NCBI GenBank assembly: GCA_963801165.1
Contig: CAWDDT010000005.1
Location: 352,001-416,000 of the forward strand
Length of the DNA: 64,000 bases
Direction of reading: 5' to 3'
DNA from: an uncultured bacterium
GTDB lineage: Bacteria; Actinomycetota; Acidimicrobiia; Spongiisociales; UBA5794
Shown here: piece after piece, positions 1 to 7,538 of the stretch
Position numbering within the stretch: the first letter of the stretch is position 1
Layout: the number at the start of each line of letters is the position of its first letter
Program-made: the position numbers and the translations under genes
The notes under the pieces: generated by a model
The model's database searches: none
The model's input: the letters and a program-made list of their open reading frames with translations, nothing else
Told to the model about the DNA's origin: nothing

Positions 1-129
1 ATCGCCTTGTAGCACGCATATGGCACGAGAGCGATAGTCCCGGGAAACACCGGCGACGCTACGATCGGTCGTCATGCCATCATCGCTACCGGTTCCCTCC
101 ATCCCGATCGGTTCCCCGAGGTCCCGGCT

Positions 130-846
130 GTGATCTGGCTCGTCGCAGTGGCGGCTCTCCTGCTCGGCTTCAACAAGGCCGGTTTCGCCGGAACACTCGG
201 ACCGTTCGTCACGGTGATCATGGTCCTGGCGATGCCGGCCGACCAAGCGGTCGGTCTGCTGCTACCGATGCTGATTGCGGCCGACAGCTTCTCGGTGGCC
301 GCCTACTGGCGACAGTGGGAGACCAAACTGTTGTGGCCATTATTGGCAGCCGCGGCTGTCGGCATCGCGGCGGGCACGTTCGTCATCTCTCACATCAGCG
401 AGGACGCGCTACGACGTCTCATTGCCATCGCTCTCCTGCTGTTCGCCGTCATCTACGTCAAACAGCGAGGGGTGCGCATTCCCCAGCACCACCATCGTCA
501 GTGGGCGATGGTTGCCGGCACCACCGCCGGCTTCACCTCGTCGATTGCCCATGCCGGGGGCCCGCCGATAATCGTGTACCTGATGGGCGTGGGTCTCGAG
601 CCGAAGCGGTTTGTCGGCACGACAGTTGCGTTGTTCGCGATGATCAACCTTCTCAAGGTGCCGGGCTATCTGCTTGCCGGACTCATCGATGGGCACCTGA
701 TCCTGACGACGATCTGGGGATGGCTGCTGATCCCCGTCGGTGTCGCCCTGGGTCGGCTGCTCATAGGCCGCATCGATCGAACCCGGTTCGAGCGGATCAC
801 TTTCGGGTTGCTCGTCGTCGGGGCGCTTGCGCTACTCGTGTTCTAA
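130..846 (+). CDS. Sulfite exporter TauE/SafE family membrane protein
   Basis: 238 aa, about 8 hydrophobic segments; LLPMLIAAD and AGFTSSIAHAGGPP motifs typical of TauE/SafE. Confidence 0.85.
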   Translation: MIWLVAVAALLLGFNKAGFAGTLGPFVTVIMVLAMPADQAVGLLLPMLIAADSFSVAAYWRQWETKLLWPLLAAAAVGIAAGTFVISHISEDALRRLIAIALLLFAVIYVKQRGVRIPQHHHRQWAMVAGTTAGFTSSIAHAGGPPIIVYLMGVGLEPKRFVGTTVALFAMINLLKVPGYLLAGLIDGHLILTTIWGWLLIPVGVALGRLLIGRIDRTRFERITFGLLVVGALALLVF

Positions 847-936
847 CCCAATGCCGGCGAGCCCGCGTACTGTGATCAGCCGACGGTGGAGGATCAGCTT
901 CCTGAAGCCCGGGGCAAATCGAGCGATGCGCACGTC

Positions 937-1767
937 TCATTGCGGGCTCAGACTATGCGCTTCTCGTGTTGCGACGGCATCGCCGAGCGTCAAGGTCTCT
1001 CCTTGCCGGGCGACCACAGCCCAACCGGGGAGCGATCTCCCGATCTCATCGAGCTCGTCGTCTGTCCTGGCAGGGTCGTGGTGGAAGACGACGAGACGCC
1101 TGACTTCCATCGACGCGGCGAGCCGGACCGCACGCTCGACTGTCGTGTGGCCGAGGTACGCGGTCGTCGGGAATTCTGCGTCGCGATGCTGCCCGTCATG
1201 AATAAGCAGGTCAACGCCGCGGCACAGCTCGCCGACTTCCCGGGTCGGCGAGCTGTCGAAGGCGTGATCGGGCAAATACGCGATCGCCTGCCCGTCGGCC
1301 TCAACGCGGTAACCGAGCGTGAGCCCTCCCTTGTGCGGCACGGGCAGCGCCAGTATCTCGAAACCCTCGCGGCGACACAGTCTCTCTCTTGCCTCGAACT
1401 CCCACGCGCCGCGGAGACCTCCCGGTCCGATAGGGAAATGGGGTGGCCCGAGGATTTGCCGTAGAACGCTGCGGACCGGGATACCCTCGGTCGGTGCTAC
1501 CAGGGTCACCCGGGCCTCAGGGTGGTCGAGCTGGGTAGCAAACGGGATCCCATGGGTGTGGTCCCAATGCCAATGGGTCAGCAGCACCGTACCGTGGAAC
1601 GGGCGGCTTCTCTCGAGGTTGCGTAGACCCGTGCCGGCGTCGAGCAGCAGCGATGGTTCTTCCCCGTCGCGAGCGATCGCGACCGCCGCGGTATCACCGC
1701 CGTAGCGACTGAACGCGGCCCCCGTCGCCGGGAATGAGCCCCGGCAACCGAGAAGACCGACCTTCAT
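937..1767 (-). CDS. MBL-fold metallo-hydrolase (phosphodiesterase-like)
   Basis: Start MKVGLLGCRGSFP (ATG overlaps the upstream TGA); YGGDT, LDAGTG, THWHWDH, DGQ, GHT and FHHDP metal-binding motifs. Confidence 0.85.
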   Translation of the reverse strand: MKVGLLGCRGSFPATGAAFSRYGGDTAAVAIARDGEEPSLLLDAGTGLRNLERSRPFHGTVLLTHWHWDHTHGIPFATQLDHPEARVTLVAPTEGIPVRSVLRQILGPPHFPIGPGGLRGAWEFEARERLCRREGFEILALPVPHKGGLTLGYRVEADGQAIAYLPDHAFDSSPTREVGELCRGVDLLIHDGQHRDAEFPTTAYLGHTTVERAVRLAASMEVRRLVVFHHDPARTDDELDEIGRSLPGWAVVARQGETLTLGDAVATREAHSLSPQ

Positions 1768-2747
1768 GGGTGTTCCCGGTGGTGACCGGCAGCCACATGG
1801 CCCAATGCCTCCGGATCGAGGCGGCCCGGTCTTGCCACCGCCACCTTGACCTCCGTGGTGGCTCGGACCGTCGAGGTACGGAACCCTCTCTCGAGCGCTG
1901 CCCGCTCGCCGATGATTGCTCCCGGAGCGACTGCACCCACCACCACCCCGTCGACGGACACGTCGACCATCCCGTCGAGCAGCAAGAACACCTCGTCGGC
2001 CCGCTCGCCCTGGGTCGTCAATGCCGTGCCCGCAGGATGGGTTCTGATCTCGCACCCGCCGCTCATTATCTCGACCGAAAGCCCGCGTTCAACCGCCGTC
2101 TCGACGCCACCCACCAGCACCGGCCGATCACCCCCGCCCCACGGGGTGTGCTCGTTGTTGGTACCGGACCATGCGGAGAAGTCGATGAGCCCGCTTTTGG
2201 CAACCAACTCGCCCACCTCGTCGTAGACCCAATGCCGGGGGAACGGGGAGGCCCCAACGATCTCGTGGCTCACTGCACCATCGCGTCCGATGGTCAACGC
2301 CAGAGTCGTCCATGCGGTGGGAGCGATGATCCTGAGAAATGGCGCCTCGCTGGACCGGCGAGGAAACGGCGCTCCGGTGCGTCCACCGGCGGACTGGACG
2401 AAGCGAACACCGTTTGGTGTGATCTCGGGCTCGGCCCGCAGATCGGGGAAAGCAGTGGCCTTGACGGTCAACGCCACCGGACCGACCTTCAGCTTGGTCA
2501 CACCGATGATCCCTCCTCCGGTGTAGCCGGCGTCGCTGACCCGATCGCCATCCATCTCGACGTATGCGGACAAGCGGTTGGCGAAGCGGAAGCGGTCGGT
2601 TCGAGCCAGCTCGTCGAGATCGGTCAATCGTGCCGGTGGTGCCTCGTCGTAGTGGCCGATACCGATGTCCATGGGGATCCGCATCGGACCGCTCACGGCC
2701 TCAGACGGGATCCACGAGATCGTGGTAACCGATGCCTCGTATCTCAT
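1764..2747 (-). CDS. Cyclic nucleotide-binding domain protein with an uncharacterised N-terminal domain
   Basis: Start MRYEASVTTISWIPSEA with GGAGG RBS; C-terminal CNB domain QGERADEVFLLLDG...GAIIGERAALERGFRTSTVRA (GE..R phosphate-binding cassette). Confidence 0.85.
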   Translation of the reverse strand: MRYEASVTTISWIPSEAVSGPMRIPMDIGIGHYDEAPPARLTDLDELARTDRFRFANRLSAYVEMDGDRVSDAGYTGGGIIGVTKLKVGPVALTVKATAFPDLRAEPEITPNGVRFVQSAGGRTGAPFPRRSSEAPFLRIIAPTAWTTLALTIGRDGAVSHEIVGASPFPRHWVYDEVGELVAKSGLIDFSAWSGTNNEHTPWGGGDRPVLVGGVETAVERGLSVEIMSGGCEIRTHPAGTALTTQGERADEVFLLLDGMVDVSVDGVVVGAVAPGAIIGERAALERGFRTSTVRATTEVKVAVARPGRLDPEALGHVAAGHHREHP

Positions 2748-2955
2748 TGCACCTCCAGATCCTCCTCCGATCGCAGTTCCTCGCGCGATCGCAATTCCTC
2801 CGGCGATCGTCGAGCACATGGCCCTTTGCCGTAACCGTGGTGGCCACAAGAGGAGGGTGTGGGATTCCTCACCATTCGATTCGAGGTGCCACGGTTCCCG
2901 CGCCCCGGCGGCGTCGGCATGGTGAGGAGGTGTCGAGTAGTCGAAGGAGGTTTTC

Positions 2956-3744
2956 ATGGCACATGCGATTGAAGCAACAGCCGAATCGTCGATCCGGTCC
3001 CTGGTCACGCGCATCGCCGCCGGATTGATCGCGATGTTGGTTCTGGTCGGTCTCGGGTCGGCACCTGCGCTCATCGCCGGGTTCACCGACAGATCGGACG
3101 TTCATGCGTTTCACGGGTTTGAGTGGGGTACGCTGGCGGGTGTTCTGTTCGGTGGTTCGCTGCTCATCGTCGCAGTGAGCGCCGACCACTCGCAGGCTGC
3201 CGTGCGGGCGGCGCTGGCAATCGGCGTCACCTTCCTGGTGGTGGCCGTACTGGCCCGGGTCGTAGGACCCGACACGTTGAGCCCGCTGGTGCTGGCAACT
3301 GTCGTCGCGCTGCTCGGCGGTCTTCCTCTTCTCGCCGGGAACTGGCGGCCCCGCTCGCTCCCCCTCGCTCTGATGTCGCTGGCAGCGTTCGTCGCAGGGG
3401 TGATCAACGCCGCTGTCGAGATCGGCTTCCAACTGGACCGTGTCGATGTGCACTCCGCCGAGCTCCACTACGCCGGCTCCGCTGTGGTCCTTCTGGCCAT
3501 CCCCATCGTCGCATACATCGTGGCGACTCTGCCTGACGGCTACCGGCCGGTGACGTGGCTGGTCGGCTCTGCGGCGACCCTGCTTGGTCTGGGATCGTTG
3601 CTGATCCAGCGCACCGGTGCTTTTGCGGCACTACCTGCCGTGCTCATGATCGTGTGGGGGGTGGCGTTCGTCGCCATCGCCCACTCCGTGCATACGAACG
3701 CCGCGGCCGCTGCCGCCGGCTGGGGGGAGTCCCACAATGCATGA
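2956..3744 (+). CDS. Hypothetical integral membrane protein
   Basis: AAGGAGG RBS; about 8 TM segments; His-containing loops (DVHAFHG, DVHSAELH); overlaps the next gene. Confidence 0.75.
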   Translation: MAHAIEATAESSIRSLVTRIAAGLIAMLVLVGLGSAPALIAGFTDRSDVHAFHGFEWGTLAGVLFGGSLLIVAVSADHSQAAVRAALAIGVTFLVVAVLARVVGPDTLSPLVLATVVALLGGLPLLAGNWRPRSLPLALMSLAAFVAGVINAAVEIGFQLDRVDVHSAELHYAGSAVVLLAIPIVAYIVATLPDGYRPVTWLVGSAATLLGLGSLLIQRTGAFAALPAVLMIVWGVAFVAIAHSVHTNAAAAAAGWGESHNA

Positions 3745-4186
3745 ATTGCTCGTAGTCATCCACGTAATCGCCGCCATGGCGTGGGTCGGTGGAGGTCTTT
3801 ACTCGACGGTGATGTCACAGAAGGCGCTCAGCACCGGTGAGGGATTCGACTTTGTCGCCGCCCAAGCAGAACGCGCTGGTACTCGTCTATTCGCCCCGGC
3901 TTCCGTCCTGGTATTGCTGAGCGGGATCTCGATCGTGCTCACCACCGAATCGTGGCGATTCGGGCAGACATTTGTATGGTCCAGCCTCATACTCGCCGCC
4001 GTTTCATTCATCATCGGAGGCGCGTTCTACGGCCCCACCTGGAAGAAAGTCCGCCATCTCCAGCTCGAGAAGCCCGATAGCCCACAGCTCGTGGCGCTGC
4101 GCCGTCGGGTCATGAGCGTGACCCGGCTCGACACGGCGATCCTGGTCACCGTCGTCGTGCTGATGGTGACCAAGCCGGGGCTGTGA
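3737..4186 (+). CDS. DUF2269-like 4-TM membrane protein
   Basis: IHVIAAMAWVGG N-terminal motif and LMVTKP C-terminus. Confidence 0.75.
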   Translation: MHELLVVIHVIAAMAWVGGGLYSTVMSQKALSTGEGFDFVAAQAERAGTRLFAPASVLVLLSGISIVLTTESWRFGQTFVWSSLILAAVSFIIGGAFYGPTWKKVRHLQLEKPDSPQLVALRRRVMSVTRLDTAILVTVVVLMVTKPGL

Positions 4187-5499
4187 CCATGACCGAGTCG
4201 ATCTCCGTGTTCCTCGCCGACGACAATCTCCTCGTCAGAGAAGGCGTGAGGACGCTGATCGACATGGCTGGAGACTTCGAGATCGTCGGCATGGCCGGTG
4301 ACTTCGACGACCTCGTCGCCGGGGCTACCGCGACCGCGCCGCAGGTGGTGGTGACCGACATCCGTATGCCACCGGACTTCCGGCGGGAGGGCATCGAGGC
4401 GGCCAAGCTGATCCGCAGGCTGCATCCGGGAACCGGGGTCGTCGTGCTCAGCCAGTACGACGACCCCGAGTATGCCGTTTCTCTCCTCTCCGAGGGTGCC
4501 GCCGGTTATGCCTACCTGCTCAAGGACCGCGTTGCCGAGGGGGACCAACTCGCCCGCGCCATCCGTGAGGTGGCAGCGGGGGGATCACTTATCGACCCCA
4601 CCATCGTTGCCGCGCTCACCCGACCGGTGCAACCTGCTGCCGGGCTGGATCCGGAGAGCGAGCGTCTGCTCCATCTGATTGCCGAGGGCACCCCGGTGAA
4701 GGCGATCGCTCTCGCCATCGGCGCTCCCCCGGCCGATGTGGACCGTCGCATCGAGAAGCTGTTCGTGAGTCTGGCCGAGGATGTCTCCACGGGAAGCCTC
4801 GCCGCCATCGACCGTCTCAAGCTTCTCCACCGCGCCATCGTCGACCGAAAGGAGCAGGGCGAAGTGCTGTCGCGGTTGCTGCCAGGCGGTTTGGCGGACA
4901 AACTACGCAACGAGGGAAGAGCCATCGGCGAGACGGAGGAACTGGAGGTGACGGTGCTGATGTCCGACGTACGGGGATACACCACCATCGCCGAGCGCAC
5001 CCACCCCACCGTTCTCGCCGGCCAGCTCAACCGGCATCGTGCCGAGATGAACCGGGCGATCCTCGATCATGGCGGCACCGTCATGCAGTTCGTTGGAGAC
5101 GCCGTGATGGGCGTGTTCGGCGCACCCGATTCGATCCCCGACCACGCCGATTGTGCCCTGGCGGCTGCCCATGCCATGCATGCGGGCCAGCGCTCGGTCA
5201 ACCAGAACTGGCAGGCTGAAGGCCTCGAGCCTTTCGGCCTCGGGATCGGGCTCTCCTCCGGGATGGTCGCCGCCGCGCTCCTCGGCTCCGAGGAGCGAGT
5301 CGAATACAGCGTTGTCGGCGACATCGTGAACCTGACCCAACGGCTGCAGCAATGGGCCGAGCCGGGAGAAACGGTCCTCAGTGAGCCGACCTGGCGTCTG
5401 CTCGCCGGCCGACCCGACGCCGATGAGCTGGAACCGGCCACCGTCAAGGGTCGAGCCGCACCGGTGCGCGCATTTCGGGTTCCCAGGAGGGCCCGATGA
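4183..5499 (+). CDS. Response regulator receiver - degenerate LuxR HTH - class III nucleotide cyclase fusion
   Basis: REC motifs LADD, VVVTDIRMPP, LSQY, YLLK; cyclase motifs MSDVRGYT, QFVGDAVM, YSVVGDIVNLTQRL. Confidence 0.9.
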   Translation: MTMTESISVFLADDNLLVREGVRTLIDMAGDFEIVGMAGDFDDLVAGATATAPQVVVTDIRMPPDFRREGIEAAKLIRRLHPGTGVVVLSQYDDPEYAVSLLSEGAAGYAYLLKDRVAEGDQLARAIREVAAGGSLIDPTIVAALTRPVQPAAGLDPESERLLHLIAEGTPVKAIALAIGAPPADVDRRIEKLFVSLAEDVSTGSLAAIDRLKLLHRAIVDRKEQGEVLSRLLPGGLADKLRNEGRAIGETEELEVTVLMSDVRGYTTIAERTHPTVLAGQLNRHRAEMNRAILDHGGTVMQFVGDAVMGVFGAPDSIPDHADCALAAAHAMHAGQRSVNQNWQAEGLEPFGLGIGLSSGMVAAALLGSEERVEYSVVGDIVNLTQRLQQWAEPGETVLSEPTWRLLAGRPDADELEPATVKGRAAPVRAFRVPRRAR

Positions 5500-7538
5500 T
5501 CGACAGACCTCGTGTCGCCGTAGCGCGGACCATGGCGGTCTTCAGCGTCGCCTCTGCAGCCGTAGGACTCGGCTGGCTGGTCGTCATCGGAGACGGCGGT
5601 GCGGCGTGGCACGACTGGATCGTCCACAGCGCGGTCGTCGCCATCTGCGCCGGCGTGATCACATGGCTCGTCGCCCCATCTCAGCCTCGCAACGGCGCCA
5701 TCTGGGTATTGGCATGGGCGGGTCTGCTCACCGGTTTCGAGACCCTCTCCTATGCCGTCGTGGTGGAATTACAACGGATACACGGGATAGGAGGTTCGGC
5801 CCTTGACCTCGTGCCGGCCGACGTTCCCGTCTCGATGGCGCTGGTCATGCAGCAGACGAACTGGCTCTGGATCGGGGTGCTGCTGACTCTGACGTTGCTC
5901 CCGCTGTTTCCCGATGGGCATCTGCCGTCTGCCAAGTGGCGACCCGTAGTGGCGGCGCAGCTCTTCCTCATTGGTATAACCTCGCTGGGTCTCTTCTGGG
6001 AGGCGCGACCGTCGGGAACATTCGCCCTGCGTCAGACTCAGGATCTCGCCGGTGGCTTCCGCAGCGTCTCTGCCGCCTTTGTGACACTCGGCTACCCGCT
6101 CATCTTCGCCGCCGGCATCGCCGGGGTACCAGCTCTGCTGGTTCGCTACCGACACAGCACTGCGGAGGAACGCCAGCAGTTCCGGTGGGTGGCCTGGGGC
6201 GCATCGTTTCTCGGAGTCTCGCTGGTCGTCGCTCTCCTCGGAGCTGAGGTAGCGGGCCGGCTCGATGTCGCCCTCATAGCCGCGGCGATTGCCCTGGCCG
6301 CCTTCCTTGCTTCCCTTGGCATCGCCATCGGCAGGTACAGGCTCTACGACGTCGACGTCCTCATCTCGCGGTCGTTCGTGTTCGGGACGCTGGCGCTTTT
6401 CATCACGGGCGCTTACGTCGGGGTCGTCGTCGGGGTGGGAGCACTGCTCAACCTGGATCAGTCCAGCGCGGGGCTCGAGATCGTGGCCACCGCCCTGGTG
6501 GCTATCGCGTTCCAGCCGCTGCGCCGCAGGCTGCAACGCATCGCAAACCGGATCGCGTTCGGGAAACGAGCCACTCCCTATGAGGTCCTCTCGGAGTTCT
6601 CCCGCAGAGTCGCCGCGGCAGACGAGACTGCGCTGGCCGACATAGCCAGATCGCTCGTGGAAGGGACCAGTGCCACCCAGGCCGCGGTGTGGGTGGGCCG
6701 GCCCGGGAACCGGCACGCCGCCGCCAGCTGGCCGGATGCGGCCGTCGCCGAGGTGACGCTGGAGCGACCCATAGTCCACGGCGGTGAGGAGCTCGGAGCG
6801 GTGACACTGACCGCGGCTCGCGGTCTCCGGCCGGGGCCGGCCGATGCGCAATTGCTCGAGGAGGTCGCCGCCGGACTGGGGCTGGTGCTGCGAAACCTCC
6901 GGTTGAGCGACACCCTGCAGGATCGGATCGACGAGCTTCGCGCCTCGCGGCGCCGTATTGTGGCCGTGCGCGATCAGACGAGGCGCACTCTGGAGCGGGA
7001 CCTCCACGACGGCGCTCAGCAGCAACTCGTCGCCATCAAGGTGAAGCTCGGGCTCGCTCGCCAGCTGGCGGCGAAATCAGGCGCCACCGAGACAGCACAG
7101 CTCGTCGAGTCCATCGCGGCCGGAACCAATGACGCCATCGATGCTATGCGCGACTTTGCTCGCGGCATCTATCCGCCCTTGCTCGAGGCGGAAGGGCTGG
7201 CGGCGGCCCTGTCGGCGCAGATCCGAAAGCTGCAGCTCGAGGTCTCTCTGGTGGCCGATGGTTTCGGACGCAGGCGCAGCGACGTCGAGTCGACGCTGTA
7301 CTTCTGCGCCGTCGACCTGCTGACGAGTGCCAGACAAGGTGGTGCTCAGGTCCAGTTGCGCCTCGTCGCCGACGGCGAGACGGCCGGCTTCGAGCTAACC
7401 CACCCCGATGGCATGTGGTGGAATGCGTCCACCCTGACCGATCTCGCCGACCGTATCGACGCCGCAGGAGGCTCTTTTCTCGTCGATCAGACAGGCACCG
7501 GTGCCGTCGAGGTTGCGATTCCGGAGGTGGTCGGATGA
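5496..7538 (+). CDS. Membrane sensor kinase, HisKA_3 type; H-box intact, ATPase domain degenerate
   Basis: About 10 TM segments, RYRLYD motif, GAF-like region, ERDLHDGAQQQL H-box; no recognisable N, G1 or G2 box. Confidence 0.85.
   Translation: MIDRPRVAVARTMAVFSVASAAVGLGWLVVIGDGGAAWHDWIVHSAVVAICAGVITWLVAPSQPRNGAIWVLAWAGLLTGFETLSYAVVVELQRIHGIGGSALDLVPADVPVSMALVMQQTNWLWIGVLLTLTLLPLFPDGHLPSAKWRPVVAAQLFLIGITSLGLFWEARPSGTFALRQTQDLAGGFRSVSAAFVTLGYPLIFAAGIAGVPALLVRYRHSTAEERQQFRWVAWGASFLGVSLVVALLGAEVAGRLDVALIAAAIALAAFLASLGIAIGRYRLYDVDVLISRSFVFGTLALFITGAYVGVVVGVGALLNLDQSSAGLEIVATALVAIAFQPLRRRLQRIANRIAFGKRATPYEVLSEFSRRVAAADETALADIARSLVEGTSATQAAVWVGRPGNRHAAASWPDAAVAEVTLERPIVHGGEELGAVTLTAARGLRPGPADAQLLEEVAAGLGLVLRNLRLSDTLQDRIDELRASRRRIVAVRDQTRRTLERDLHDGAQQQLVAIKVKLGLARQLAAKSGATETAQLVESIAAGTNDAIDAMRDFARGIYPPLLEAEGLAAALSAQIRKLQLEVSLVADGFGRRRSDVESTLYFCAVDLLTSARQGGAQVQLRLVADGETAGFELTHPDGMWWNASTLTDLADRIDAAGGSFLVDQTGTGAVEVAIPEVVG

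Noticed and set aside
130-846. TauE/SafE as the sulfite exporter for suyAB
   Set aside because: It lies 60 kb away and the family is functionally broad; there is no linking evidence.
1764-5499. Pycsar-like anti-phage system (class III cyclase plus CNB effector)
   Set aside because: The cyclase is fused to a REC domain inside a two-component operon, the CNB protein has no TM or TIR effector domain and is divergently transcribed, and a PDE-like gene is attached. Signalling fits better, though defence is not formally excluded.
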